Source: Nymphaea colorata (taxonomy: Eukaryota). Taken from it: DNA of 64,000 bases. The stretch covers positions 682,001-746,000 of the forward strand of contig NC_045138.2 of NCBI RefSeq assembly GCF_008831285.2, read 5' to 3'. Positions 14,353 through 37,660 of the stretch are shown here, one piece after another. Each line of letters opens with the position of its first letter. Positions within the stretch are counted from its first letter, which is position 1. The translations under genes and the position numbers were made by a program. Under the pieces are notes generated by a model. It was not told the origin of the DNA. It made no database searches and saw nothing but the letters and a program-made list of their open reading frames with translations.

Positions 14353-14796
14353 ATCCATCTGTCGCTCCCCTCCTCCCTCTCTATCTATTAGATTAAACTA
14401 AGCTAGTGATTAAAGTAATTGAATTCTCTCCCTCCCTCTGTCTGTACGTATAATATAGGTGTGATTTCTGAACAAGCTCTGCCACGGTAGTTTATTCAAT
14501 TCTTGTTTGTCTCTATTTGACGTTTCAAATGCCTGGTTACTAGTGTTGCTGCCAACTCTATCCAGCAGTAAAAAGGTAAAATCCCAGGAGTATTCAAAAC
14601 TGTTGGGAGTTTTGAGCAATCTTTTGGTTTGTATTTGAGCTTATTTCACGAGCTGCAAGTGGTTTTTGACCACTTGTTTCAGTTTGCATTGAACTTTCAG
14701 GTTCTCTGGATTCGCTAATGAAGATGGCATCTGGAAAATTGTGATTCCGAGTTGCAAGCGTGATCTTAAGGCATAGTTCTTGATATCGTTGTTCTG

Positions 14797-24435
<9,639 letters not shown>

Positions 24436-25594
24436 TTGCAACATGTGGAACTCTCACGAGGTCCAGCAGCTAGAATTGGCTCCCTGCTGAATCTGGTCGT
24501 TATTCAAAATCAAACTCAATGTGACTGTGCTCAAAACTTTTACAGTGGAACCAGTTGTTGGGCTCCAATTGATAAATCAGGGGAGGGGGGGCATGAGGAA
24601 AGGAGCCAAGTTCTCAACCCCTTCCTAATTGGCGGCTTTCCGAGTAATTGGCCATGAAAAAAATGGCTCCATGTATAATATCCAGCATAATTCTGGTGGG
24701 TCATACCCCTCATTCAAACATCATAGGTCTCAACTTCCGATAGCAATTCGATGGGTTTGTCCCACTTGCAATTCTTCAACATTGTATTTTGGTTTCTCTT
24801 CTTGAAAAAGGAACATTGTATTTGGCTTTTTCCATGCTAATATAAATGTAAATGGCGGTAGATTGCACTTTTCTTGTGTCTGACACTGTTGATTTCACCA
24901 GTTTCTTGTCTGTGGTTTAAAAAAACATTGCCAATTTAGTAATAGCTTGACCGTATAGAGCTTTAAGTTGAAAATCTTAGTTTTGACCTTGGAAAAGAAC
25001 CCCATCGAACCCAGCTGTTGACTGCTACTTCTTTAACTAAGTTGCCAAGATTTGCTAAAGCACGTATGGGCAATGGGGCAGATAGTTCACGTCTACATAT
25101 ATTTTGGTCTATCTTGCATACATGTTTATTGAGAATTCTGATGCAGTTGCCACATTATTTTGCTCCAAATGCATGCAATCATGTGTGCATGTGCATGCGC
25201 ACGAGAGAGAGAGAGAGAGAGAGCAGTAGTAGACCATAATAATTAAATGCATGCAACATTGGTAATCAGATTTGGGCGCTTAACCGCAAATTTAATGCCA
25301 TCACAAGAGAAAATAAAATAAATCTTCCGGCCAAGCAACAACCTAGATGACTTCCAGCCGTCCTGATACGAACAAGTAGCGATCGTTGCATGCTTAGTCT
25401 CCGAATTGATGTTCAACAAACATGTGTTTGACTTTAATATTGTATCTGAAAATAACTTTAGTGTGGCCCAACTGATCGAGACAGCAGTTGTTAGGCAGTT
25501 AGTTACTGGTTCAAGGTGCTTGCTCCTTGTCAAAGCTGATAAATGCTCGGACCGGCGGCAAAGGAAACGTGAACCAACAATGAAGTCTCGAAAG

Positions 25595-25649
<55 letters not shown>

Positions 25650-26734
25650 AAAACTGAACTGTGACTCCAGCTTTCCCATGACATTTGGGAACATAAAAAT
25701 CTGACCATCCATCTTTTTGCACGATGGAGGAAGAGGGGAAAGGGGTTCCTCCTTTTTCACCTTCCCCTTATTCCTCCATCGTGAGGGAGGAAAAAAGGGG
25801 AACCATTCGCCCTACCCCCTGCCCTATGGCGGCTCTCGTTGGGCCGGGCTGGCAATGGGTGGGGGGAACGACTGCCCCCCTCCCTGTAAGGGGCCACCAA
25901 GCGGTGCAGCCCCAACACCGCCCGGCAGGGCTCTTGTTGGAAGAAGAGGGGAGAGGGAGAGGGAGGGAAGGAAGAGAAGCACGGTGGGAGAGGGGGGAAG
26001 GAAAGGGAGGGAGATGGAGGTGATCTGGACAGTTCGATTTAAAATTGGACGGTCTAGTTTTGATATTCCTGATATTCCTAATAAATGTATAGATATGCTA
26101 TAGTCAGCATTCAGGAACTCATATATATAATTGAAGGGTGACGTCTAACTAAGGTTTTGTTTATCCATCATGATGTGCAATTATAAGGAAAAAACTAGGA
26201 AAAAAAAAGGTGATAGACATTTTTGTCATCTAGAATTAGTTTATATTTTTTTTCATTATTTTTCTTTCAACCAATCCGGATTAAATTGTTGAGTGACTAA
26301 GATAACAAATCACTCAGCCATCTAACTAATCCATCATGATAGACAGATTAAGAAGAAACAAAAAGACGACAAATTGTCATCTAGCATTAGTTCTCACCTT
26401 TCTTGTTTTTCTTTCAATCATTCATCTACATCAAATGGACTACCTTAGATGGATAGCTGGGTGACTCTAAACAACTAGGGTCACCATTTACTCACTATAT
26501 ATATATACACACACACCAAGAGAGAGATAAAAAGAAAAATGTAAGTGTTAGACACTTAAACACTAAACAGACAAGGAATAATGTCTTCAATCTTTTTTAG
26601 ATCGGTGGTGGAGAGCAATGCATTTTCATCATTTAGTACAATTTACATCTTTTTTCCTTTTTTTTTCAACTGCCGATTTGAAAAAGATCAAGAGTGGTAG
26701 CCCTTATCCATTTAGCATCTAGTACATACTAATT

Positions 26735-26820
<86 letters not shown>

Positions 26821-27833
26821 ATTGAATGGTGAGTTTACTCCCTTCAATAGATGATTAAGGAAACCACTAAAATCAACAAGTTGTTAGCAATAAAAATTCA
26901 ACCAGTTTGAGATTGGAATACGATGGTTTCAACTTGAATGTATTCCACGTTTGTAGAGGAGCCACCAATACCATCAACCATCCAGAGAGCCATTTTCCTT
27001 TCAACTCAGACTTATATCCATTATTGACAATCTGAAAATTTAGATACAAGCAGAGAGCCAGAAGCACAGAGGAAGAGACCGTTCCATTTCTAAACTCGGT
27101 ACAGAACAGAAGCTCTACCGGCAACGCTGATTTATGGTCCCAGGTTCCAATCTTGTTACATAAATCAAATTTATGCGACTGTGAATCGAAACAAACTGAA
27201 TGGCAACATATAACGCCCATCAAACGTGTTTTCGAGGGAAAATTGTTATACTGTATCTGGTTCTTGTTCAATCTAGTGTAACTAGTAGCATGGGAAGAAG
27301 AGAAAGAGAGAAAGAGAGAGATAGAGAGAGGGAAGAAGAAGAGAGAGAGAGAGAGAGACTCAACATTCCTTTTCAAAAGCAACCAGCTCTACACTGTCAA
27401 TGAACATTACATAAAAAAAGGAAAACCGAGCCAGGTAGCTGCCAGATTATGCCTCTCAGCTCTGTATCTGCTGCTTGCTTGAGGTTGAGGGTGTATGTGA
27501 GTGGGGGAAGAGCTATGCTGCCGCATCATACTTTTCAAGCGGCCATGGCCCGTATTACACTATTGTCCCAATGAAAAAAAGGACAGGAAGAAACAGCAAG
27601 CGGTTCAAAATGAAACTTGATACAACAAATTCTCTTTCTAAAATCACTATAAAATTACAAGACACAGAAAACCAAGGACAGAGAGGAGACTAGGTATCCT
27701 GTTCCAGACAGATGATCGATCTTCCTGCAGCCAAGAGTGATTCCCCAGCCTAAATCAGACATATATCTATATATATATATATATATATCGTGCACAAATA
27801 TATATATTTGGACTTGGACATATAGATATACCC

Positions 27834-30800
27834 TTACGGAGACGGTTTCCAGTCAAATTGAAGATTATTGAAGTTGTTCACTGATCCAAGCCCGCTTAAA
27901 AATCTGTTGCTCATATCCTGCTGATGGTTCATACTTGGATCCTGGTGGGGCATTGACTGCATGCTAATTCTTCCATTTAAAGTTGGCACAGAGTTTCCAG
28001 GCACAGGTGTCCTTATACCAGCCATTGTTACTGCTGCCATTGGGTTGATTCCTCCCATGCTGCCAAAACCAACACTGTTGATGCCTATACCGCTGGAGAT
28101 TCCATTACCGACCAGACAGTTTGCTCCTTTTAGGGATGTATTTCCTGTCTGCATATTCATTGTATTCAAACTCTTCATCTCATTTCCCATAGGGCCAATC
28201 CCAACCATGTTACCCCCAGCGTTCAGCTGAGAGGACATCATTATTTCTTGTATTATTTGCTGCACAGAGCTTTGAGAATCATCGGGATCAACTTCACCTG
28301 AATGTGAAGGCTGAGGTGGAGGAATATTTGCAGGTGAATTTGCAGAACTCGAATGTGCAGTTGAATGTGCAGTTGGTGGAATAGAAGACTGAGGAAGTGG
28401 GTTAGGTGCTGAGGGAACAGTATTGGGGAAGGGAGAAGATGGATTGGGATGTGACTGTTGTAGTGAATTTGAAGAACCAGCCGATGAAATTTGAACCGAG
28501 TTTCCAAAAGGGCTCGTGCCATTGTTCAATGGATTGTCTTGTCTTGTGTTAATGGCATTCTGATGGATAAGACCTGCTATGGTGCTTGTGGACGCAGAGG
28601 AGGAGGTAGGAGAGGCATTCAGCAGGTTGGTTAGACCAACTACACCATTACCTTGTGTAAGCTGCTGGACAGAAGAGGCTTGCACTGAACCTTCATTCTG
28701 TGACCTTGTCTGTTCTTCTTGCTGCTGCTGTTGCTGTTGTTGTTGTTGCTGCTGCTGCTGCTGCTGCTGTTGCTGTTGTTGTTGCTGCTGCTGCTGACAT
28801 TGATTTGTTCCACCCAATGCTATTGTCCTTCTTGGAAAATTAATCAAACTAGCTGTAAAGCAAAATAGAGTAACAAAAGTTGATTAGAGGTGTAAATAGA
28901 CCGCTCCACCAAGTAATTAAATATAAGGAGACCATTATATAAATTAATTGAACTGTCAGTGCTAGTGTCAAAAATAATTACCAAAAAGATTTAGAAAGGG
29001 AAAATATCATGCTATTGATTCTCACCGTTTTTATCTGATATCTTGAAAGCTATGTGACCATTTTAAAATTTTGTTGGCAATAGAGCCACACTCTTACCAA
29101 AATATCTCTAGCTTAGGACTATGAAATCAGACCATAATCAATCTACAGTTACAAGGGTCAGGGCTGAAACAAACATGCATGATGATGCAGTACGTCAAAA
29201 TCAACGTAATGCAGGTTCATCAGGACTTAACGAAGAATACACTGTGTGCCGCAAAGAGGAAAAGGTTTGGTCATTGTTATTATGACCTGAACGTTAATAG
29301 CTTGCACCGCGGGAGGACATTTTTACACAAGAGAAGCACCATGTAACTAAAAATGAAACCAACCATGTCACATGGGGCCGTGGACGGCCTATGAATGCAG
29401 GAAAGACCACATATATGATATCTTTAGATTTTAAAAATTGTAAAAGAATAATATTCTTCCCAAGTTACAAGCAATAAGGTATAAAGAGTAACCAAAAAAG
29501 CCTGGCATTCTGGGTGCGTATATAATACTCTCCTTTCTCTGTGCAAGGATACCAGAGGTAACCACAGGCAGCAATAGTAGCACAGTATTTTTGCGCTTCT
29601 TCTCCTCCTCCTCCTTGTTTCATTTTATCGTTTTTCCATTGCCGAAACAGGCAAATGGCAATTCAGCTGGTATTTTAAGATTTTGGTACTCATTCACCCA
29701 AAAATGATGAAAAGAACTGAGAATCGAATGAACAGCAAATAAGACAGATCACAGTAATGCAGAAATCATAAATAACATCCTTGGTATTAAGAATTATAGT
29801 TTAAGTGCACTATTCAAAGCTGGCTTGGGGTATTTCCATTCAGTACTAGAATTCCTTACACCTTGCTCTTGTTCCACATGTCAACATTCTCAAAGCCCAA
29901 ACTAGTATACTTCTTCCTAAACATCTTTATGTAGACATAAAAACCTTGTAAATCACACAGCCAAACATCTTGTTCCTTCTTTGAGGATTCTACTTAACAA
30001 ACAGGAAATATGAAATATCCACTAATGCAACAGCAGTCAGATACTTTAAAAGCAAAGGGAATATCGATAAAAAATATTGTATCAGGGAAATACTTAATCA
30101 AATAAAATAATAGACTATGAAAAGGACATAGAGCTAGACATATATAGTTATATTATATATACTGTCTCTCTCTCTCTCTCTGTCCAAGAAGAAAAAGTAT
30201 CATGCTTACCCATGGGACCTGTTTTAGTCTCCCGACTATAATCAATCAAATCCTTCATACTGTTAACCACCTCAGATATCTGCATTTGAAAGACTCTGTC
30301 AGCTGTTGGCTTAGTTCACCAGTTTGATAACAAAAAGTATGCTAACCACTTTGATAACTGTAAGAATAACTTGGACATCAATTGAGAGCTAAAATAACTG
30401 TTTCTGCAACATTCAATATTCACATGCAACCATAACAATGGAATGATTTAAATCAGAGCCACCAACAAAATGAAGGTTCTAGATGTCAAATCATTTTTCA
30501 GCACATTTTATCTCAAAACTCAAAAGTTCTCAGATATTAGGATATTAAACCCAAACAAGTTTTACTTTTAATTAATACATTCGTGGACAGAGAAACCCAT
30601 GGCTTCAACATGCACACAGTTCACATACAAAACTTCATTTATAATTTCAAATGTGTGAATAACGCCAACCTGAAGGCAGCGAACATATCGCTTTGTGTAT
30701 CCCAAATCATTTACCAATGGAACCTCCATAGCTTTGGCTAAATCACGGGCAATTTTAACGAATCTAAAGAACAAGGATAAAGACAGTGGTGTCAGCTGAA

Positions 30801-33800
30801 AGATTGTAAAGAACAACACATCCTGGAGACAGAAAATTCAGTTATAATAAAATCAAGAAACGGCATCCAAGTGGCTACAATTACAGCCTATATCATTTTC
30901 TTGAGTAAAATATGGAAAAGCAAAGGAATCTTTTACATATCAAGGCAACCAAGCTCTATTACATGGGTACTTTGTTTGGGTGAGGTACCCGTGTCGTACC
31001 CATGTCAACACGGGTAGGGGACTGGGTTGTGGATATGCCTTGGACAAAGCCTGGACATGATCAAACCTGTGTTAGGTGCGGTCAATGCCTCCATGGCGAT
31101 ATCCATCCTCTTTTGCACTCGGTCAAAGTTGACCAAGTCCATTTTTGTCCACTAATTAGGTTTTCTTTAAAATCATCATGCGTATACAATGGAAATGAAG
31201 AGCCCTTGAGAGACACTAAAGGGTTTTCATCTTTTATGTGGTCTAGCTCCACCTATTCAGCAGGATTTTCCAGTAACCAGCAATTGTCCAGCAACTTTTC
31301 CAGAGACTTAATTTTCTTTAATAAAACTTTCTATATTGTTTTGTTCGCTTAAAATTTTACTTTTGTTTATATACATATCCATGTGTGTGTGTGTGTGTGT
31401 GTACCTAAATTTTTTGAAAGTGCTCCACACCCGGACCCATATTGAAACCCATATCCGCCTCTAACAGTAACATCATTCTTTTCCTGAGGGCAGCAGAACT
31501 TATTACAAGTTCTAATCGAAGTAGCTGCCCACAGGATAAAGCAGATTTACCAACCAATGGCCCAAGGAGATGCCTTCAAGCTGCAAGTTAAGGCCCATCA
31601 ACAGAGACACATATACCTATTAGCATGATACTCTAGTATTACAAGTTTACAACTAACGAGGAGCATTAGAAAGTAAGGGCAGACATTGGGAATTTTGTGA
31701 ACTTATTGATAGTAGGTTTAGTGTAGACTGTGTAGACCATAAAGAAGGTTGATACTTGATAGAGGGATAGAGAGAGAAAGACTTGGCACTGTAGCTCAAA
31801 CAGTATCTCCAGGAAAGATTGAAAAATAATGAGTTCACACGATACCACATCAACTTGAAAAAGGAAACTTCTGCCTTACATATTACAAGTGTTCTGCAAC
31901 TCCTGTGCTGTAAAAGTGGATGACCCATTTTGACTGGCAGCTTGGTATTTCTGAGCTACTGTACCTAGCTGGCTAACCTGAGCACAAACATCAATAACAC
32001 GTTAAACACCTATTTCACAAAAAGATGCAGGAACATGAAACAAAAACCAATGTTCACATGTATGAGATAGAGATCTAAAAAGGAGGATGAAGACAAAAAG
32101 TAGACATGATGAAAAGTATATAATGTACATCTTTCGCATCACGCTAATCAATATTTAATAGTGAACTCCAATATAAACCATTTATGAGGTTTTCTTGAAA
32201 CCTTAACAATAAGACAGCCTTCATGGGGCTGCAAGAGCCACCTGTATAAGGTTAAAAAGCCTTTTACCTTGAGCCTTTACACTTTCTTTGGGTGATGAAA
32301 ATGAAAAGATCTAACAGTTAAACAGTGAAATTTTCATCTAGATGAAAAGGCATATATATGGATATACATGTGCTTAAAACTTTTAAACTATAAATTCAAT
32401 AAAATCTAATGGCGGAGTTCTATGAAAAAAATCTCTATGTTCTTCATGATTTAGTAGCCACCAAGAGTCCATGGCATAACAGGGTACATAAACTTGCATT
32501 CATCAGTAACTAATAGTAATGCATTTAACCACTGTAGTGTAGCTTTTCTTTACAAGGTTATCAAAGGAAATGATCTGTTGCTGCTGGTGCTTATCCAGAA
32601 AAACATATTTACTCTGGCAGAAGGGAACAACCCAAGTTTTCAGCTCATCCCAAACATTAATTAGGGTAAATGATACAGCAAGAATTGGAAAATATGGAAA
32701 GCAATGAGCTCTTCCAGAGACACTGTCAACCACATCAACGTTGACCAAGATGTCAGTGACTATTAAGTCATTCAGTGGTAAACATAGCCGCCATAATATG
32801 TTTCCCATACGCCAGTATAAATAAATAGGTAGTTATGCAAACTGCCTAAGGTCCACCTTGCATCCACATACATGTGGGCTGAGAACCATAGTTGCAGTTG
32901 CCAGAGTCACTTAAAGCAAGCAAGAAACCAGATTCTTTGGAACCACAAGCACACATCACAATTCACAATACCCAACTATGAGCCTGACTATTATGTTGCT
33001 TTAATCTAAATTGGACACAGATTTTATTCTTATGTTGTGATCTTTATTTCTTTTAAATTTCTATCTTATTTCTATGCATGTATCAGGCTATCGGCTTATT
33101 TGTACTTTGTATAGTCCAATGCATCACTTCAGAAAGAATTCATGTGTTTTCCTACTTGATCTACCAAGTCTTGCAAAAAATTTTGAAATGCCTGAGTACC
33201 AATTCTGATTCACATACTGCTTTCCAAACTGGAAATGTCCATAAAGTCAGTGACAACCAACAAGCCATTGTAGCCAAATAGAATTTTCTCAGGTTACAAC
33301 AGATCCCATAAACTCTACGAAAGCCTCTACTGTTGACATTATTCTATAACATTCGCAACTTTCTTATCCACTAAACGTAGCACAAATCCTTACTCTTCAT
33401 GTCAGCAAAGAAAAGTGAAGAAAAGAGTACCAACAGGGGTGGACTCAAACTTCCTTGCTCAGTGAGTAAGTCTATCTCTTTAAGCTTTTCACCAATAAGT
33501 GCCTTCCTAGCTAGACTTCGTTGCATGCATAAACATTTATGTCACCTTTCAACAAAAGGAACCAGTAATTACAATAACTATTTTTCATTGCTTTCAATGA
33601 ATAATCCTCACAGATAGGTCCAAAATGATGATTTCTTTTCGGCATAAAAATTAAAATACCATTTCACCATGGAACAAAATTGTTGTGCTCAATCCCAAAT
33701 GAGTCTTCTAGACCAGTAACAATCCAGTTTAGCAACTTCATTGAAGCAGTAGTTACTAAAGGAAGTGTCCCAATTGTAGAGTAACTTTAACATCTAATGA

Positions 33801-36620
33801 ACCACCATGAAGCTCAGTGTTGTTCATATTTATTTGTATCTGTGAAAGCACATTACTGTCCATATTATGTGTGTGTCTGCATAGTTTTTTTTTTTTTTTT
33901 CTTGCCAAGATAAAGCGTATCTGTATCACTCAAGTATTACTTCAATCATAAAAACCAATAAAATCCAATGCCAGAAATTTACCAGCTTTTCATTAAGTGT
34001 TCATGATTCTCAAATTTTTTAACAAAAGCAGCCATGTTTTTATAGGTAAAATAAAATCACAGAAAGAACAAAGAACAATAAGGCCCATCCCAGCACTGAA
34101 GCACAGAGCAAATGCAGTGTATACAATGCTTGACTGTCTGACAAAGAGTTCTCTAAACCACACGTCCACAGCCAAGTACCATAAAATTACACATAGTGGA
34201 GTGAGGAAAACAAAAATCTTGATAAGTGTCATTTTTAAGCATATTTAAGTACCACAAGGATATTATGGTATTTTCACTTAATCACCATCAGCTCAGTTGG
34301 GCAATCTGTACTGCTGCTGCTTTCAGCTATTTCCTTAGAAATAAGAAATAAAGAAAATAACTGCTAGTATCTCAATAAGATGATGCAGTTATAAAGGACC
34401 TGAGATAGTATCAGTCTTCGAGGGATAAGCTCCTCATGGCGTCTGGCGCAAAACTCCCAAGAGCATATCTAAATAACAGACAGAAATCAATTTTGCTTGG
34501 ATAAACCTATATAGGAAGAACCAAAGAAGCTAAAACAATGCATAAGAAGATATTGAAGGCTAAGTCCTTTGTTGATGGGACCAAACCTTTAGATCCATAG
34601 AGAAAACAACCCTAAGTTGTCCATCACGAACTACACGTAGCTGCTCAAATACACTTTCTTGGATTGCCTTTCCATAATCCAAGACAATATGACCAGAAGC
34701 TGTATGATATTCCCGAGGCATATCCACGTATAGAAGTTCTTCCAAAGTTCCACTGTCATATTTGATTTTGCAGAGCCTCGGCAAAACCTCTACAGTTGTT
34801 TCTGAAAAAATAAATTGCCAAAACAATCATAACCATGCAAAAGCCAATGAAGCAACACTATACTTGGAAAACGGATTCAAACAAAAAAATGCAGGTAACA
34901 AAAAGGATAAACAATAGTTACAAAGTATTGACATCATAGCAATATGATCATAGACGTATACACAGAGAAAAGGGGGGAAAAAAAGTACATACCAAAACCA
35001 CGACCAGGCTTTATATTGCATATTTCACAATGCCAGACATCCTGAAAAATTAGAGAACATCAACACATAAAACACACATTCAGTCGCTTGTGAGGACTAC
35101 ATGCTATGAGAATTTATAGCAAAGCTTGACTTCCCCTTTAACATACCTGTGGGAAAACACCAGTTGTTTGCCTCCCATTGCCATACAAAGAAACGCACCA
35201 CCGCTTCTTGGCATGTGGAGCAAAATACTCGGAGACAAATTTTCGCCAAAAATCAATGCTATTATCCTGTAGAAGAGTAATTTTGAAAAGAGATTATGCA
35301 ATATAAGACACATCACCATAAAAACTGGGAAAAATGTACCAAAAGCAGCTAAAGCAAGTAAATACAGAAGCTTACAGCAGGCCTATGTTGCTGGTGATAC
35401 ATATACTGTGTCAACCTCCTAGCACACGTCCCAGGCTCATACATAGGTTTTATTGCAGATCTTAGTGGCATGTTATGTTGTTGAAACTGCTGTATAGGTT
35501 GTTGTTGCAGTGCTGAACGTTGCACAGGTAATGTCTTGAACATCTGTTGTTGCTGTTGTTGTTGCAAGAGCCGCTGCTGCTGCTGCAGGAGATTCATTTG
35601 TGCTGCCTGCAATTGCATTTGCTGGGGACTTTGTCGAGACATTTGCAAAAGCTGCTGCTGTTGTTGCTGCTGTTGCAAAAGTAATGATTGATCTGAATGC
35701 TGAGGCTCACTTTTAATGCCTGGAATGTTTCTCAAAGAAGTTATCTGCTGCTGTTGTTGCTGCTGATGCTGATGCTGTTGCTGCTGCTGCTGTTGCTCCA
35801 ACTTCACAGGAACAAGACCCCGTAAAGCCTGCATCTGTTGTTGTGCTGATTGTTCATTGGCCACTTGAGGCTCCATTTTCACAGGCATCAGACCACGCAA
35901 GGGTGCCAATGACTGGGGTCCATTTGGATCACCACTAAGTGCCCTAAGAGACTGCAACTGCTGTTGTTGGCTTGCTGCCAAGCCCATGTTGTTCTGAGCA
36001 GAGAACTGCTGCAAGCTTCGTGCCCCAAGCATATGCTGGGACTGAATTTGGAGACTATTAGATGAGTCCTGCCCTTGCTGCCCATGCTGGAAGTTCTGCA
36101 CCTCAAGTTGTTGAGGGTGTGGAAGATCTTGAGACAACTGATTTGGGAAATGGGGACCCCCAGAAGCCGTCATAGATCCACTTATACCAGATGAGATAGC
36201 AGCAGAAGCATTTGTTGATGTGAATGGCAACGGTGAAGCATTAAAGGCCAACCCACTGCCAATGCCTGTGAGCGCATCAGATTCAGCATTCATACCAATA
36301 CCTCCCCTCTGCATGTTTCCAGATCCAGAAAGACCCGGATTTGGACCAGAAGATACTGGCCCATTGGCCCCAACAAAAGATGGGTTGACACCAATGCCCG
36401 CATTCCCCCCACCACCAAGAAGTGAAGAAACATTGGACAAGTTTCCCAACACCCCCATGTTTCCATACTGAGTGCGTGGAGAAACAAGAGGAGAGAAGGC
36501 AGGTTGTGCAGGAATTGATCCACCCTGGCCTCCTAAAAGACTAGAATTTGTTCTTAAGAGAGCCGAAGGGGCAACTGTCTGGGCGCCACCGACTGGAGTC
36601 GGAGGCCCTGAAGGTACCAT
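27834..36620 (-). CDS. SEU: Transcriptional co-repressor SEUSS (LIM-domain-binding/LDB family, Q-rich), 9 coding exons
   Basis: Starts MVPSGPPTPVGGAQ at 36620. Exons 36620-35376, 35266-35147, 35041-34993, 34801-34587, 34468-34400, 31977-31880, 30763-30670, 30279-30210, 28852-27834, all GT-AG and in frame. Motifs YEPGTCARRLTQYMYHQQHRP, TVEVLPRLCKIKYDSG, SWEFCARRHEELIPRR, LVNDLGYTKRYVRCLQISEVVNSMKDLI and C-terminal FNNLQFDWKPSP. Confidence 0.96.
28719..28796 (-). repeat. CAG/CAA coding repeat, 26 consecutive Gln in the last SEUSS exon
   Basis: 78 nt of CTG/TTG triplets on the plus strand, in the SEUSS frame. Confidence 0.95.
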
Positions 36621-37651
36621 TGATGATACCGATGTTCTGATCACAAAAGGAACTGATGAAATTGCCCAGCTTCAGCAATATAGCTGGTTGCACAGGTAAA
36701 TACCCAACAGGCAATTCAGAAATTCAGTCATCTCAAACCCTATCTATTCTCCTGAATGTCGATGCGGATAGTGGATAAAGGTAGAAAAGCAAAAGGAGCA
36801 AAACTCAGACCATAAAACTGAACCAAGCCAATGAGAATGCCAGTACTACAGCAAATTTTTTGCAATCCACAATGCATCACTCAATTTCAAATTGGCATTA
36901 ACAATTAGAATCCTCAAACGGAAACAATCTACCAGAATGCTCAACATAAACCAAATTGTTACATAATCACCTGCCTCTGAACATAGAGAAAACTCAAAAT
37001 GCATAGACATAAGGATTCGTTGAGCAGATCCATCACGAAGCCCATTTAACTTAAAAACAGAGCTGCTATCACAAGGAGGATTCGAGCCACCAAATGGGCA
37101 TGCATCACCATTACCCAGTTCTCATCCCCATCAACCAAAACCACACCAAAATTTCAAAATCCCAGCCATTGTATCCCAAGACCACAACTCAGCGGGCACC
37201 AGACGCCAGAAACTCTCGAATTTCAACCCCAACAGCCACCAGCAACACCAAAGAGTGACAAATGTCCGAGTCGACCAAGAACGTCTCCTAGCCAGAACCT
37301 TGAGAAGACCTACAATCCCAACTCCTCCACTTCCGCACCCACAATACGCAGAAAAGTCGGGAAGGCGGGGTCGCAACAACGCCGTGAATGACGACCAAAT
37401 TCAACGCCAAGCGAGAAGGAGAAAACTGAGAATGATCTACCGATCAAGCAGAGTTCCCGCGCTTCGACCGGTCAGCAAATTCTACGCTTTCGCCGAGCAC
37501 AAGAAGAGAAGAGGGACAGAACCTGACCCTCGTTAATTCAGCAGGAAATAGGAAACCTTACCAGATTGAGAGACGAAGACGACGACCACGATTCCCGAGC
37601 TAAAGCAGAACCGGACGACGCGAGGTCCGGAAGCTTCTAAAAAAGGAGACG

Positions 37652-37660
37652 AAACCCTAA
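37652..37660. promoter_or_regulatory. Telo-box (AAACCCTAA) in the presumed SEUSS 5' leader
   Basis: Exact motif just upstream of a likely 5'UTR splice donor (minus-strand GTAAGG near 37561). Confidence 0.35.

Noticed and set aside
28579..28797. Poly-Cys ORF on the plus strand
   Set aside because: Antisense of the SEUSS polyQ repeat.
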